Positions 9,685-22,178 of a stretch of DNA of 64,000 nucleotides are shown here, piece after piece. This DNA is from an uncultured delta proteobacterium (GTDB taxonomy: Bacteria; Myxococcota_A; Polyangia; Polyangiales; Polyangiaceae): assembly GCA_963841435.1 (NCBI GenBank), contig CAWJCS010000005.1, positions 1,600,001 through 1,664,000 of the forward strand, read 5' to 3'. The notes under the pieces were generated by a model, which saw only the letters and a program-made list of their open reading frames with translations, ran no database searches and was not told the DNA's origin. Every line of letters begins with the position of its first letter. Position 1 is the stretch's first letter. The position numbers and the translations under genes are program-made.

Positions 9685-10181
9685 CCGAGGGTCTCGAAGC
9701 CGCGTACGAAGCGTTCGAAGTCGTCGCGCCGCGCGCCGGCCGGGCTCACGTGCACGAAGTCGTAGACGCAGCCGTCCTTTTTCAGCACGAACACCAGGTA
9801 GCGGAGCGGTACGCCGTCGAGCGACGCCTCGATCTCCGTGAAGAGCGCCGCCCGGCCATCGAGCGTCACAGGCTCCTGCGCGACGAGCCGCCGGTCGGTA
9901 AACTGCAGGAACAGGTGATGCGTCAGCGCTGTGAGCGGCACGTCGTCGCCGTCGAGCCCGCAGCGCCCGGCGAGCTCGATCGTCGCTGTGGCCGCGTCGT
10001 CACGGAACGCGACGAGCGAGCCATCGACGGAGATCTGACGCCAGCTCGCCGGTACCGGGCCCACGCGGAAGGCCATGTCGTCGCCTCGGTAAACGCGCCC
10101 GTCGAATCCACTCGATGCACACGCGACCACGAGGCCGAGCGACAGCGCGACGGCTCGACAAAGCGACGACCGGAGGCCCAT
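9681..10181 (-). CDS. Hypothetical lipoprotein (possibly PsbP/DcrB-like fold)
   Basis: Lipobox LVVAC; ATGA overlap with mlaE. The fold is a guess from the EPVTLDGRAA...VLKKDGCVY pattern. Confidence 0.7.
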   Translation of the reverse strand: MGLRSSLCRAVALSLGLVVACASSGFDGRVYRGDDMAFRVGPVPASWRQISVDGSLVAFRDDAATATIELAGRCGLDGDDVPLTALTHHLFLQFTDRRLVAQEPVTLDGRAALFTEIEASLDGVPLRYLVFVLKKDGCVYDFVHVSPAGARRDDFERFVRGFETLG

Positions 10182-10219
10182 CGCGGGCGACGTTAGCATT
10201 GTTGAGCTAGGGTGCGCTC

Positions 10220-10963
10220 ATGCTGCCGATCGGCGACCGGAACCCGACGCGGACCGTGCCGTTCGTCAACTACGCCCTCCTGACCGCGAACGTGCTCGTC
10301 TTCGTTGTTCAGTACGTGCTCACGCTGGGCGGCGGTGAGGCCTGGCTCACGCCCGGCTACGGCCTGGTGGCGACGCGGGTGATCGGCGATCCCACCGGGG
10401 AGGCCTTCACCATCCTCACGAGCCTCTTCATGCACGGCGGGCTGTTGCACCTCGCCGGGAACATGCTGTTTCTGTACATCTTCGGCGACAACGTCGAGGA
10501 CGCGCTCGGCCACGGGCGCTACGGCCTTTTCTACTTGTTGTCGGGCGTCGGTGCGGCGTTCGCGCAGATCGCGACCGATACGAGCAGCACCATCCCCATG
10601 GTCGGTGCCTCGGGCGCGATCGCCGGGGTGCTCGGCGCGTACCTCGTGCTTTACCCGAGCGCGCCGGTCACGGTGCTCATCCCGCCGCCGCTGGGATTCT
10701 TTCTCGGGTTCTTCATGGTGCTGCCCGCGTGGGCCGTGACTGGCCTTTGGTTCGTGTACAACCTGCTGAGCGGTCTCGGGTCGCTCGGGGACGCCACCAC
10801 GGGCGGCGTCGCCTTCTTTGCCCACATCGGCGGCTTCTTGACGGGGCTCCTCCTCGTCCGGCCCTTGCGGGCTGGCCGCGTCCTGCTCGAGCCCGATCGT
10901 TTCCGGGGGTGGCGTCCGCCGCCCCGCGAGCCCCCGCGACCCGGGTTCGAGCGCTGGGGCTGA
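10220..10963 (+). CDS. Rhomboid family intramembrane serine protease
   Basis: HGGLLHLAGNM, GASGA and AHIGG motifs. Confidence 0.95.
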   Translation: MLPIGDRNPTRTVPFVNYALLTANVLVFVVQYVLTLGGGEAWLTPGYGLVATRVIGDPTGEAFTILTSLFMHGGLLHLAGNMLFLYIFGDNVEDALGHGRYGLFYLLSGVGAAFAQIATDTSSTIPMVGASGAIAGVLGAYLVLYPSAPVTVLIPPPLGFFLGFFMVLPAWAVTGLWFVYNLLSGLGSLGDATTGGVAFFAHIGGFLTGLLLVRPLRAGRVLLEPDRFRGWRPPPREPPRPGFERWG

Positions 10964-10985
10964 CGGCGGGTTAGACTGGGCAGCG

Positions 10986-11384
10986 ATGAAGGTCATCGAC
11001 TCGGAGTTCGTCGATCGCGGGGCCGCCGGAATGACCGGCGACAACGTGCGGAGCGTCGTGGACAACGCGGATGCCATCCGCGCGCGCTTTTCACGGGGCG
11101 GACCACTCGGGCGGCTGATCGAGGACGGCGAGCTTCTGCTCGCGCTCGTCCGCGACTACTGGACGGGCCGCTACCGCCGTGCGCCACTCTGGGCGATCGG
11201 CGCCTCGGTGTTCGCGCTGCTCTACGTGCTCGCGCCGCTCGACCTCGTGCCCGACGCGATCCCGCTCATCGGCGTCGTGGACGACGCGGCCGTCGTCTCC
11301 GTGTGCCTGGCGCTCCTGCACCAGGAGCTCGCCCGCTACGCGAGCTTTCGGGCGGCCGCCGAAAAAAAGTCAGACGCGAGCTGA
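10986..11384 (+). CDS. YkvA/DUF1232 family protein
   Basis: YVLAPLDLVPDAIPLIGVVDD motif. Confidence 0.9.
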   Translation: MKVIDSEFVDRGAAGMTGDNVRSVVDNADAIRARFSRGGPLGRLIEDGELLLALVRDYWTGRYRRAPLWAIGASVFALLYVLAPLDLVPDAIPLIGVVDDAAVVSVCLALLHQELARYASFRAAAEKKSDAS

Positions 11385-11472
11385 GCCGGTTGCGCATTCC
11401 GGCTCGTCCGGTCGCGCCCGGCCGCGATCTGCCGTGCCACGCTGTCGCCGAGTGGTACTAACATCCCGGCCG

Positions 11473-13014
<1,542 letters not shown>

Positions 13015-13038
13015 CCGCGCCCCGAGAAAGGCGCCCGA

Positions 13039-13776
13039 CTACACGCCGATGAAGAGCCGGTGGGCGAAGTTGCGCTCGAGCTTGGCGCGCAGCACCTTGT
13101 CGGCCGCCGTTTCGATGTCGTATTCGATACGCTTGAATTCGAAGCGCTTCTTGTCGCTGTCGTAAAGCGTGTAGCTCGCGCGATTGTCGTAGTCGCGCGG
13201 CTGGCCCACGGAGCCGACGCTCACGATGTACTTCTTGTTCGGCTGCAACTCGAAATCGATGGGAGGCAGCTCCTCCACGCTATTTGGTGTCAGCGCGAAA
13301 ACTTTGCACAGGTGGGAGTGCCCGATCAGCGTGATGTGTCCCAGGTCGTCGTACATGGGCAGGCACTCGCGGGCCTGCTCGGGCGCGAAGATGTACTCGA
13401 ACTCTTCGAGGCGAACCGGCGAGCCGTGGCAGAGCTGCACGCCGATGTCTGGGAGCTTGAGCTGGTACGGTAGCTCCTTGAGCCAGCTCATGTTCTCGGT
13501 CGACAGGAGCTGCGCGTGCAAGTCGAGCGCGTGACGCGCCGCCTCGTAGTAGTACGAGTAGTCCATCCTGCCGGCGACGGCGGCGTCGTGGTTGCCGAGG
13601 ATCGTCGCGACGACGAGGTCACGCACGAGGTCGGAGCACTCGTTGGGGGAGCCGCCGTAGCCTACGGTGTCGCCCAGACAGTAGTACTGATCGATGCTCT
13701 CGCTCTTGAAAGCCTCCACGACAGCGCCGAGCGCTTCGTAATTGGCGTGGATGTCACTCAGGATCCCGAGGCGCAT
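13039..13776 (-). CDS. Metallophosphoesterase (calcineurin-like)
   Basis: SDIHAN, GD, GNHD, HGSP, GHSH and GSVGQPRD motifs. Confidence 0.95.
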   Translation of the reverse strand: MRLGILSDIHANYEALGAVVEAFKSESIDQYYCLGDTVGYGGSPNECSDLVRDLVVATILGNHDAAVAGRMDYSYYYEAARHALDLHAQLLSTENMSWLKELPYQLKLPDIGVQLCHGSPVRLEEFEYIFAPEQARECLPMYDDLGHITLIGHSHLCKVFALTPNSVEELPPIDFELQPNKKYIVSVGSVGQPRDYDNRASYTLYDSDKKRFEFKRIEYDIETAADKVLRAKLERNFAHRLFIGV

Positions 13777-13851
13777 GGGAGGGAGAGAAGCGGCAGCGTA
13801 TCACGAAAGCTCCACGAAACCGCCCGCCGCGATGACGAGGTCCGCGCTATC

Positions 13852-14448
13852 ATGGAAAGGCACGTGTCCGCCCCGCCCGACCCCATCCCCGAGTACGCAG
13901 CCGCCTGCCTGGAATACGTGCGGCGGGCTCTCGACTTCAGCTTGGATTTCACCCCGGAAACCCTGGCCGTCCTCGACCATTACGTGGCCACCGTCCGGCC
14001 GACCCTCGCCGAGCGACCGGAGCTGGCTGCTCTCGTGGGACGAGCCACCGGGGCCTATTTCGGCGAGGTCGTGCGTGGGGTGATTCCCGGGTTTTGGCGT
14101 GTCCCGTCCGCCAGCGTGCATGATTTCCAGCTGTGCTCGCGCGTGGCCTTCCTGTGGGTGAACCCCATTGGCGTGGCCTACGACGCCCTGTTCGCGGGTA
14201 CCGAGCACGACGGGCCGCGCTCGATGCTGCGCTGCGCGCCCGAGGACCGCGAGTTTTTGGAGCGGCGGCTCGCCACCTTGCCGCCCGTCCCCGAGGACCA
14301 ATACTACCTTTTCACGACACGCTTCGAGGTGCTCGAGGTCGCCAACGAGGCCCTGCGCGCCCGCCTCGAAGAGCAAGGCTACGGCGAAAGCGAGCTCGGC
14401 GAAGACGACTACGCCACGATGGACGGCCCGTCGCGCTTCGACGCCTGA
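13852..14448 (+). CDS. Hypothetical protein
   Basis: Protein-like composition (LDFTPETL, GAYFGEVVR); divergent from the phosphoesterase; start is 13852 or 13864. Confidence 0.75.
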   Translation: MERHVSAPPDPIPEYAAACLEYVRRALDFSLDFTPETLAVLDHYVATVRPTLAERPELAALVGRATGAYFGEVVRGVIPGFWRVPSASVHDFQLCSRVAFLWVNPIGVAYDALFAGTEHDGPRSMLRCAPEDREFLERRLATLPPVPEDQYYLFTTRFEVLEVANEALRARLEEQGYGESELGEDDYATMDGPSRFDA

Positions 14449-14503
14449 GACGACCTCGCGGGCTCGGAAGGAGCGGCTCGCGCTCGTCCCGCGCGACTCG
14501 AGC

Positions 14504-15871
14504 CTAACGACCGGCCCCCGCCGGCGCGTCGACCGCTTCACTCGCCACGATCACGCGCGAAGGCGCGCTGACGGTGAGCGCGGGACCGATCTCGTCGCCG
14601 AGGAACGAACGGGCGAAGATCGCGTAGGTTCCGGGCAGAAGGTCGAGCGCAATGCCCTCGGCACCCGGGAAGAGCCGCACGACGGGGACGCCGTCGACCA
14701 GGACGTAGCGCACGATGTCGCCGGCGTTGACGAGCAGGAGCCCGTCCTTCACGCCGTCGGTGTTGGCATTCGGCTTTGCCGCAGGGCGGCTGCGGAACGT
14801 GCGCGTTTGCGCCGCCGTGAAAAGCAACGGCGACGGCTGGCGAGGCAGCTCGCCGATGCGGTGTTCCGCCGTCGTGGGCGGTACGCGTAGTGCATACAGA
14901 TCGAGCGCGACGCTTCGCTCGAGCGACGACACCTCGAACACGACTCGCGCGCCGCCCGCCCACGCGAAGTCGGCGCGCACGGGGACGAGCTCGGGGGCGC
15001 ACGCTGGGCTGTCCGGGTGCGCGCCCACGAGCTCGACGAGCGTTCGGCAGAGCAAGATGCCGCCCGTCCCCGCGCCCGCGACGCGCGCCTGCTCGAGCTC
15101 CAGCCGGCCGAGCGGGGTCGCCAGTGCGACGCGCGTGCTCTGGAAGCCGAGCACGCGACCGGCACCGAGCGGGGTTTGCCTGACGTGCGCGAGCGGCGTC
15201 GTGTCGGCGCGGTGCTCGTTGAGCACGGCGCGCAGCGCCCCCGGCTGCACGACGACGTAGCGGCCGTGGTCGGGCCACACGAGAACGTGCCCGAACGACT
15301 CGATGCGCGAGCGAAGCTCGGTCCCTTCGGGCAAGAGGAAGCGCGTCGAGCTCAGCCGAATGAGGGCGCGGCCGGTCGCAGCAAGCTCGATCGCCAGGTC
15401 GAAGGTCACGGCGGCCCGCGCGCGCTCGACGGCGTCCTGGTTCGTCTCGGGTGGGCGCGGTGGGGCCGGCAGGTCCGGCCAGCGAAAGCGAGCTCGGAGC
15501 GTGAGGCCCGTCGGGTCGCGCGGATCCGTGCTCTCGCCGCCGACGGCGTGGTCTTCGCGGAGCGTTTCGGGGAGGCCGGCCTCGGCGTCCGTTCCCGCGT
15601 CGCTCGGGGGCATGGCGTCGGTTGCGGGCTCTACGTCCCCCGGCCGCAGGGGGGCGGCGGCGAGCGGCGCGGGCAGGATGCTGGCGTTGGGGCTCGGCTC
15701 GTTCGGGCCGGCGTCGGGTAGCGCCGGGCGGTTCTGGCAGGCTAAAAAGAGCGACGCGACGCCGAGCGAAAGAACGAGCTTACCGGCGTGGCGGTGGAAC
15801 GGCGTGGCCCGGGACCGTCGGTCACCCCGAACGCTGGTCGCCCCTAGATCCATCGAGGTCACGCCGAACAA
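14504..15871 (-). CDS. Hypothetical lipoprotein
   Basis: Hydrophobic segment ending LFLAC; co-oriented downstream of pyrD; start uncertain. Confidence 0.7.
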   Translation of the reverse strand: MFGVTSMDLGATSVRGDRRSRATPFHRHAGKLVLSLGVASLFLACQNRPALPDAGPNEPSPNASILPAPLAAAPLRPGDVEPATDAMPPSDAGTDAEAGLPETLREDHAVGGESTDPRDPTGLTLRARFRWPDLPAPPRPPETNQDAVERARAAVTFDLAIELAATGRALIRLSSTRFLLPEGTELRSRIESFGHVLVWPDHGRYVVVQPGALRAVLNEHRADTTPLAHVRQTPLGAGRVLGFQSTRVALATPLGRLELEQARVAGAGTGGILLCRTLVELVGAHPDSPACAPELVPVRADFAWAGGARVVFEVSSLERSVALDLYALRVPPTTAEHRIGELPRQPSPLLFTAAQTRTFRSRPAAKPNANTDGVKDGLLLVNAGDIVRYVLVDGVPVVRLFPGAEGIALDLLPGTYAIFARSFLGDEIGPALTVSAPSRVIVASEAVDAPAGAGR

Positions 15872-15900
15872 GTGAGGTCCTCGTTCGATGGCTCGCTCCG

Positions 15901-16806
15901 CTAGCGCGCGGCGCCGACGAGCGACGCGGCGTCCTGGCCCTTTTTTTCACAGTACGCGCGGAGCCCGTCGAGCACGTGCATGGCCGCGCAGGGGTCGGCG
16001 AAGCTCGCGGTACCCACCTGCACGGCGCTCGCGCCCGCGAGCAGGAACTCGAGCGCGTCTCGCGTCGTTCCGATGCCGCCGATGGCGATCACGGGGATCG
16101 ACACCGCGCCCGCGATTTCCCACACGATGCGCAGCGCGATGGGGCGCAGCGCCGGACCGCTGAAGCCGCCCGTGCGGTTGGCGAGGCGCAGGCGGCGCTG
16201 CTCCGTGTCGAGCGACATGCCGCGGATGGTGTTGATGGCGGTGATGGCGTCCGCGCCCGCGTCCTCGCAGGCCTTGGCAACGGCGACGATATCGCCCGCC
16301 TCGGGGCTCATCTTCACCCAGACGGGCCGCTTCGTCGCGGCGCGTACCGCGCGCGTCACCTCGGCGCACAGGCGCGGGTCGCGGCCGAACTCGATGCCGC
16401 CGTGCGTGACGTTCGGGCAGGACACGTTGAGCTCGATGGCGGCGATGCCCGCCTCGCGCTCGAGGCGGTCCGTGATGGCGACGAAGTCGGCGACGCTGCT
16501 CGCGAAGATGTTCGCGCACACGGTGACGCCGCGCTCGCGCAAGATCGGGAGCTTGTCGGTGCAGAACGCTTCGACGCCGACGTTCGCGAGCCCGATGGCG
16601 TTGAGCATGCCGGCGGGCGTTTCACAGATACGCTCGGGCGGGTTGCCCGCGCGGGGGTGGAGGCTGAGGCCCTTGGTGCAGATGCCGCCGAGCAGCGCCA
16701 CGTCGAAGAAATCGTCGTATTCGAGGCCGTAGCCGAAGCAGCCCGATGCCGTCAGCACCGGGTTTTTCAGCTCGAGCGAGCCGATGCGGACGGCGAGCGA
16801 GGTCAC
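15901..16806 (-). CDS. pyrD: Dihydroorotate dehydrogenase (class 1B catalytic subunit)
   Basis: LKNPVLTASG, NAIGLAN, ELNVSCPN, KMSP and INT motifs; coupled to pyrK. Confidence 0.96.
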   Translation of the reverse strand: MTSLAVRIGSLELKNPVLTASGCFGYGLEYDDFFDVALLGGICTKGLSLHPRAGNPPERICETPAGMLNAIGLANVGVEAFCTDKLPILRERGVTVCANIFASSVADFVAITDRLEREAGIAAIELNVSCPNVTHGGIEFGRDPRLCAEVTRAVRAATKRPVWVKMSPEAGDIVAVAKACEDAGADAITAINTIRGMSLDTEQRRLRLANRTGGFSGPALRPIALRIVWEIAGAVSIPVIAIGGIGTTRDALEFLLAGASAVQVGTASFADPCAAMHVLDGLRAYCEKKGQDAASLVGAAR

Positions 16807-17639
16807 GACGGGGGCCTCCCGGAACCGAGCTTTCGGGGCGCGTGATCGCTCCGCGACCAGTTGACGCGCCGCGCGTCGAGGCAGGGCCCCTCCGTGCACG
16901 CGTACAGGTAGCCGCCGTCGGTGGTCGCCACCGGGCAACCCAGGCACACGCCGTAACCGCACGCCATCGGCGTTTCGAGCGACGCTTCGCAGGGCACGTC
17001 ACGCGCCGCGCAGAGCGCCGCGACGCTCGCCATCATCCGATCCGGCCCGCAGGTGAACACTTCCGTGCCCGCGGCGAGCAGCTCCGGCAACACGTCGGTG
17101 ACGCGACCGCGCGTGCCTCGCGAGCCGTCTTCCGTCGTGACGTAGAGCTCGGCGAGCTCGCTGAGCTCGTCGTCGAGCGGCAGATCGCGGGCGCTCCGCC
17201 CGCCGTAGATCGCGAGGGGCTTCACCGTGCTGCCGGACGCCGCAATCGAGCGCGCGAGGAACAACAGGGGCGAAAGTCCCACGCCCCCCGCGACGAGGAT
17301 CTGCCGCCGGCCGCTGGTGGGCGCGCGCCAGGGCAGGCCGAGCGGCCCGAGCAGCGTGAAGGGCTCGCCTGGCTCGGCGCGCCCCATGCGCAGGGTTCCT
17401 TCGCCGAGCACCTTGATGAGGACGGAAGGTGTCGTGCCTGCGGTGAGGTAGCTCATGGGCCGCGGCAGCAGCGGCGCCTCGCCCCATTCCGCGCCCCGCA
17501 CCATCACGAACTGGCCGGGCAGCCCGGGGCTCCCCTCCGGGTCGTCGAAAGTGAGCACGTGGTAGAGGCCGCCGATGCTCTCGCGCCGCAAGAGCGGCAT
17601 CGTGGCGAGCCGCCGCTTGGGCAGCTGAGGAGGGCTCAC
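16803..17639 (-). CDS. pyrK: Dihydroorotate dehydrogenase electron transfer subunit
   Basis: PGQF, RPMS, GPLG, AGGVG, CGP and MACGYGVCLGC [2Fe-2S] motifs. Confidence 0.93.
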   Translation of the reverse strand: MSPPQLPKRRLATMPLLRRESIGGLYHVLTFDDPEGSPGLPGQFVMVRGAEWGEAPLLPRPMSYLTAGTTPSVLIKVLGEGTLRMGRAEPGEPFTLLGPLGLPWRAPTSGRRQILVAGGVGLSPLLFLARSIAASGSTVKPLAIYGGRSARDLPLDDELSELAELYVTTEDGSRGTRGRVTDVLPELLAAGTEVFTCGPDRMMASVAALCAARDVPCEASLETPMACGYGVCLGCPVATTDGGYLYACTEGPCLDARRVNWSRSDHAPRKLGSGRPPS

Positions 17640-17812
17640 GAGGGGCCCCCGTCGGGGCACGAGTCCGTCATGGGAACGCCGCGCATGAGAGTCGCACGCT
17701 TCCCTTATCCGAATCGCGGCCCTGGCGCACGCGCGCGCTTCGCCCAGGCGCGAAATGGCGCTCGGGACGCTCGCGCGGGCGACGTTTCCGGTCGGAGTGC
17801 AAAGTCCGAGGC

Positions 17813-18256
17813 TCAGTCCGCGGTCCCGCCGAGCTCGAGGCGCATCTCAATCGCGTCTTCTCCGTCGCTCGCGTAGTAGCCGCGCCGCACCCCGTGCTCG
17901 ACGAAGCCTGCGCTCCGGTACAGGGCGAGCGCGGCCTGGTTCGACGCGCGGACCTCGAGCAACAAGACGCGCGCGGCGCCCGCCCGCGCATCGTCGATGA
18001 CGGCGCCGAGTAGGAGCCGCCCGATGCCGCGGCGCCGCTCGCGCGCCGTCACCGCGAGGTCAAGGAGATGCACCTCGTCAGCAGCGCGCCAGGTGAGCGC
18101 GATGCCGAGCAGCGGCGCGTCACGCGCCTCGCGTGCCACGAAGAGGCGTGCCCACGCGCGCTCGAGCTCGGTGCAGGGGTCGAAGCCGGACCCCGAGATC
18201 GCCGCGAGCGCGGCGGCGTGGCCGCAATCTCCGCGGTCGAGGAGCGTGACCTGCAT
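17813..18256 (-). CDS. rimI: RimI-like GNAT N-acetyltransferase
   Basis: RRRGIG, LEVRASNQAALALY...GF...RRGYY...GEDA motifs. Confidence 0.8.
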   Translation of the reverse strand: MQVTLLDRGDCGHAAALAAISGSGFDPCTELERAWARLFVAREARDAPLLGIALTWRAADEVHLLDLAVTARERRRGIGRLLLGAVIDDARAGAARVLLLEVRASNQAALALYRSAGFVEHGVRRGYYASDGEDAIEMRLELGGTAD

Positions 18257-18484
18257 CGAGCTCGCCGCGAAGCATAGCTTCCCGCGCCCAGGCTCGCCTC
18301 AAGCGCCGAGCGCGGCCCCGAGCGGCGCGACCGGAAGTCTGGTCGTGGCGCCTCGATCGCTCCAAAAATACCGGGCCAAACGCAATTCGGACCGGATCCC
18401 GGACAGTTACCGAGCGCGCGTCGCAGACGGCCACGGGGGGGGTGCGGACGCGACGGCGAGCGACGCTAAGATGGGAGCGAAACC

Positions 18485-19537
18485 ATGTCGCTACGGTCCT
18501 CGCTCGTTCTTCTCGGCCTCACGGTCGGCCTCGCGCTCTCGATGTCTCGCGCGACGCTGGCCAATCCCACGCCCCGTCCGGTCGCGCCGCGCGCGACCCC
18601 TGCCTCCACGCAGCAGAGCTTCGTGCCGTGCGGGCTCACCGGGCACACGAGCCTCGTGCTCGACACGCCCATCGTCGACGAGAGCGGGCGGCGCATCGCT
18701 CGCTTCAGCGGCGGCGAGACGACGCTGACCATCAGTGGGTTCTCTCTCGGTGGCGCCGAGCGCGCGCGAGTCGAGACCGGCAACGGTCGCGGCGCCTTTC
18801 GGGTTCGTGGTTTCGTCAACACGAAGAGCTTGCCGCTCGTGACGGCCGACGAGATCCCCGTCTCGCCCGGACATCTTTGGATCGGGAAGGATCGCGAGGT
18901 GACGGTCGTCGGTGCAACGGCCGACAAGCTCAAGATCGAGCGTGTCGCGTCGTCGCCGCTGCGGCAGAAGCAGAGCGCCTGGGCGCCGTGCCGGAGCCTG
19001 AAAGTGACGGCAGGGACGCCAAAAGGCTGGTCGCCGGCCGGCTTCGCACGTGGCTACGTGCTCAAGCAGGACTCCGTCGAGCTGTTCGACGGCCCGGGCG
19101 GCAGAACGGTCGGTGCGCTGTACCGCGCTCCCGAGGCCACGAGCGGCGTGCTCCTGTTCAGCACCGAGCAGTCGAGCGCCTGGGTCCACGTCGAGTACCA
19201 CGCCGACCTCGTCGTCAACGCGTGGGCTCACGCCGCTGATCTCGTGCCGCTTCCGCCGGGCGAGACGATGGACCAACTTGCCCCCCCGACGCCCCGGCCC
19301 GGCACGCCTCGGCTGTCGCTGCCCGCGAACCCGCGCATCGTGCGCACGACGCACGAAGTCCCGCTGCGGGTGGCCGCGAGGGACGCCGCCGAGCCCATCG
19401 GCATCATCGAGACGGGGACCAACACCTACGTGCTCGACGTGATGGCGGGTTGGGTCAGCGTGATGCCCGAGGCGCTCGACGTCGTGCCCGTCAACGGCGG
19501 CCGATTCTGGGTCAAGAAGAGCGAGCTTGGTATCTAG
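18485..19537 (+). CDS. Hypothetical secreted protein (possibly tandem SH3-like beta domains)
   Basis: Signal peptide; repeated short beta segments such as WVHVEY, GWVSV and FWVKKSEL. Confidence 0.7.
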   Translation: MSLRSSLVLLGLTVGLALSMSRATLANPTPRPVAPRATPASTQQSFVPCGLTGHTSLVLDTPIVDESGRRIARFSGGETTLTISGFSLGGAERARVETGNGRGAFRVRGFVNTKSLPLVTADEIPVSPGHLWIGKDREVTVVGATADKLKIERVASSPLRQKQSAWAPCRSLKVTAGTPKGWSPAGFARGYVLKQDSVELFDGPGGRTVGALYRAPEATSGVLLFSTEQSSAWVHVEYHADLVVNAWAHAADLVPLPPGETMDQLAPPTPRPGTPRLSLPANPRIVRTTHEVPLRVAARDAAEPIGIIETGTNTYVLDVMAGWVSVMPEALDVVPVNGGRFWVKKSELGI

Positions 19538-19620
19538 CGCGAGCGGCGCGCCGCGTCGGCGCGACCACCCGGCCCGGCCAGCTTGTCGCGCACCGGGACC
19601 CCCGTGCTAGCGTCCGACCC

Positions 19621-20610
19621 GTGCCGAGCGTGTCCAAAGCCACCCTGGAGGCGGCCCTTTCCCGGCCGCTTGCCGCGACTGATTTTCCCTTCGGCAAAAA
19701 ATACGAAGGGAAAGTGCGCGACAACTACACGCTCGCCGACGGGCGGCGCGTGCTCGTCACGACCGACCGCGTGAGCGCTTTCGATCACGTGCTCGGCACG
19801 CTGCCGCTCAAAGGGCAGGTGCTGAACTTCGTCGCCGCCTGGTGGTTCGAGCACACGCGCCACATCGCGCAGAACCACGTCCTCGGCGTGCCCGATCCGA
19901 ACGTGCTCGTCGCCAGGGAATGCACGCCGCTGCCCGTGGAAATGGTGGTACGCGCGTACCTCACGGGGACTACTTCGACGAGCATCTGGGTGCACTACGA
20001 GCGCGGCGCACGCACCTTCTGTGGGCACGCGCTGCCCGATGGTCTCGTGAAGCACGCGCGCCTGCCGGAGCCCCTGCTCACGCCGAGCACCAAGGCGCCG
20101 CACGGCGACCACGACGTATCGGCCTCGCGCGAGGAAATCCTCGCCACGACGGGTATGCCCGCGAGCGAATTCGATCGCGCCGGTGCCATCGCGATGGCGC
20201 TGTTCGCCGAGGGACAGCGGATCTGCGCCGAGCGCGGCCTGATCCTCGTCGATACGAAGTACGAGCTCGGCAAGACGCCCGACGGCGAGATCGTCGTCAT
20301 CGACGAGATCCACACGCCCGACTCGTCACGTTTCTGGTATCGCGAGAGCTACGAAGAACGACTCGCCGCGGGTCGGGATCCGGAGAGCTTCGACAAGGAG
20401 TACGTGAGGCGCTGGCTCGTCGATCAGGGCTTTCGCGGCGACGGCCCCATCCCGGTGATCCCCGACGAGGTGAAGGTCGAGGCGGTGTGGCGCTACATCG
20501 AAGCCGTCGAGCGGATCACGGGCGAGGCCTTCGTGCCGAACCTCGAGGAGCCGCAGGCCCGGCTGCGCAAGAACCTCGCCGATCTGTTCGCGCTGGGTCC
20601 GTCCGCCTGA
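19621..20610 (+). CDS. purC: Phosphoribosylaminoimidazolesuccinocarboxamide (SAICAR) synthase
   Basis: [28 protein letters not shown] and [12 protein letters not shown] motifs. Confidence 0.96.
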   Translation: MPSVSKATLEAALSRPLAATDFPFGKKYEGKVRDNYTLADGRRVLVTTDRVSAFDHVLGTLPLKGQVLNFVAAWWFEHTRHIAQNHVLGVPDPNVLVARECTPLPVEMVVRAYLTGTTSTSIWVHYERGARTFCGHALPDGLVKHARLPEPLLTPSTKAPHGDHDVSASREEILATTGMPASEFDRAGAIAMALFAEGQRICAERGLILVDTKYELGKTPDGEIVVIDEIHTPDSSRFWYRESYEERLAAGRDPESFDKEYVRRWLVDQGFRGDGPIPVIPDEVKVEAVWRYIEAVERITGEAFVPNLEEPQARLRKNLADLFALGPSA

Positions 20611-20677
20611 GGGCAGCCGGATTTTCGCCGGCGGCGCGAGCGCGCGGCGCCTCGCCGCGCGGTGCTAGAATCAGACG

Positions 20678-21856
20678 ATGACGAATCTGTTCATCGTCGG
20701 GGCCGCTCGCACGGCGATCGGGGCCTTTCAGGGCGCGCTTTCCGCGTTGCCGGCGCCGAAGCTCGGCGCCGCCGTCGTCAGGGAAGCCCTCTCGCGCGCG
20801 AAGGTTTCGCCCGAGCTCGTGGGTGAGGTGTTCATGGGGAACGTGCTCTCGGCGGGGCTCGGGCAGGCGCCGGGCAGGCAGGCGTCCATCTACGGCGGCG
20901 TGCCGAACACCGTGCCCGTGACCACCATCAACAAGGTCTGCGGCTCGGGCCTTCAAGCGGCCATTCTCGCCGCCAAGAGCCTGCTCGCGGGCGACGCGGC
21001 GATTGCCGTTGCTGGCGGGATGGAGTCCATGTCGAACGTTCCGTACTACCTGCCCGGCGCTCGGGGAGGGTACCGGGTCGGTGACGCCAGGGTCGTCAAC
21101 GGGATGCTCCTCGACGGCCTCTGGGACCCGTACAACGAGTACCCCATGGGCAAGGCAGGCGAGCTCTGCGCGCGTGAGTACGAGCTCACGCGCGAGGCGC
21201 AGGACGAGTTCGCGAAGGCGAGCTACCGGCGCGCGCGCGAGGCGATCGCAAGCGGCGCGTTTCGCCGGGAAATCGTGCCCGTGGCGGTGCCGCAGCGCCG
21301 GGGGGACCCCGTGCTCGTCGACACCGACGAAGAGCCCGGCCGCGGCGACCTCGAGAAGCTTGGAAAGCTCAAGCCCGCGTTCGACCCTGCGGGCACCATC
21401 ACGGCGGGCAACGCCTCCAGCATCGATGACGGCGCCGCCGCCGTGGTCATCGCGACCGAGGCAGCCGTGAAAGAGCAAAAGCTCGAGCCGCTCGCGCGTA
21501 TCGTCGGCTGGGGCGCAGCGGCGCAAGCGCCGGAGTGGTTCACGACGGCGCCCGCCAAGGCCATCGACCAGACGCTCGGGCGCCTCGGCCTCGCGCCGCA
21601 GGACATCGACCTTTGGGAGATCAACGAAGCCTTTTCGTGTGTGACCATGGCATGCACGAGGCTCGCGAAGATCGATCCCGATGCCGTGAACGTCCGCGGT
21701 GGCGCCGTGGCGCTCGGCCACCCGATCGGGGCTTCGGGCGCGCGCGTGCTCGTGACGCTGCTGCACACGCTCGAGGATCTCGGGCGGCGCCGCGGGCTTG
21801 CCACATTGTGCATCGGCGGCGGCGAGGCCGTGGCGATGGTCGTCGAGCGGAGCTGA
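20678..21856 (+). CDS. Acetyl-CoA C-acetyltransferase (thiolase)
   Basis: NKVCGSG, NEAF, GHPIGASG and CIGGG motifs. Confidence 0.96.
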   Translation: MTNLFIVGAARTAIGAFQGALSALPAPKLGAAVVREALSRAKVSPELVGEVFMGNVLSAGLGQAPGRQASIYGGVPNTVPVTTINKVCGSGLQAAILAAKSLLAGDAAIAVAGGMESMSNVPYYLPGARGGYRVGDARVVNGMLLDGLWDPYNEYPMGKAGELCAREYELTREAQDEFAKASYRRAREAIASGAFRREIVPVAVPQRRGDPVLVDTDEEPGRGDLEKLGKLKPAFDPAGTITAGNASSIDDGAAAVVIATEAAVKEQKLEPLARIVGWGAAAQAPEWFTTAPAKAIDQTLGRLGLAPQDIDLWEINEAFSCVTMACTRLAKIDPDAVNVRGGAVALGHPIGASGARVLVTLLHTLEDLGRRRGLATLCIGGGEAVAMVVERS

Positions 21857-21941
21857 TGGGTCACCGGGGCGCGCTCGTGCACGCGCGCTCGGGCTCCGCC
21901 GGACTTGACAGACGGCCACGCACCGCGACGAGAGATCGAAC

Positions 21942-22178
21942 ATGACGAACGTCGGCGCGCCGCGCTTCAATCCCGACTTCGAGCGGGCGTTCGTCGCCAT
22001 CCGCTACTTTCTCGGGGCGCGTGGTGAAGAGCTCGGCAGGCCGCTCGGCGAGCCGGCGCCCGAGGCCGCTGCGACGCTACGGCGCATCGGCGGTGCCGAT
22101 CGGCAGCGTCGCGCGGAGGCGCTCGCCGTGGAGGTGGGGCGCGTCGTGCGTGCGCTCGAGCTCGGGTGCTACCGATGA
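21942..22178 (+). CDS. Small hypothetical helical protein (sits in the SctK position)
   Basis: 78 aa; ATGA-coupled to the FliH/SctL-like gene; TTGACA at 21905 upstream. Confidence 0.6.
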   Translation: MTNVGAPRFNPDFERAFVAIRYFLGARGEELGRPLGEPAPEAAATLRRIGGADRQRRAEALAVEVGRVVRALELGCYR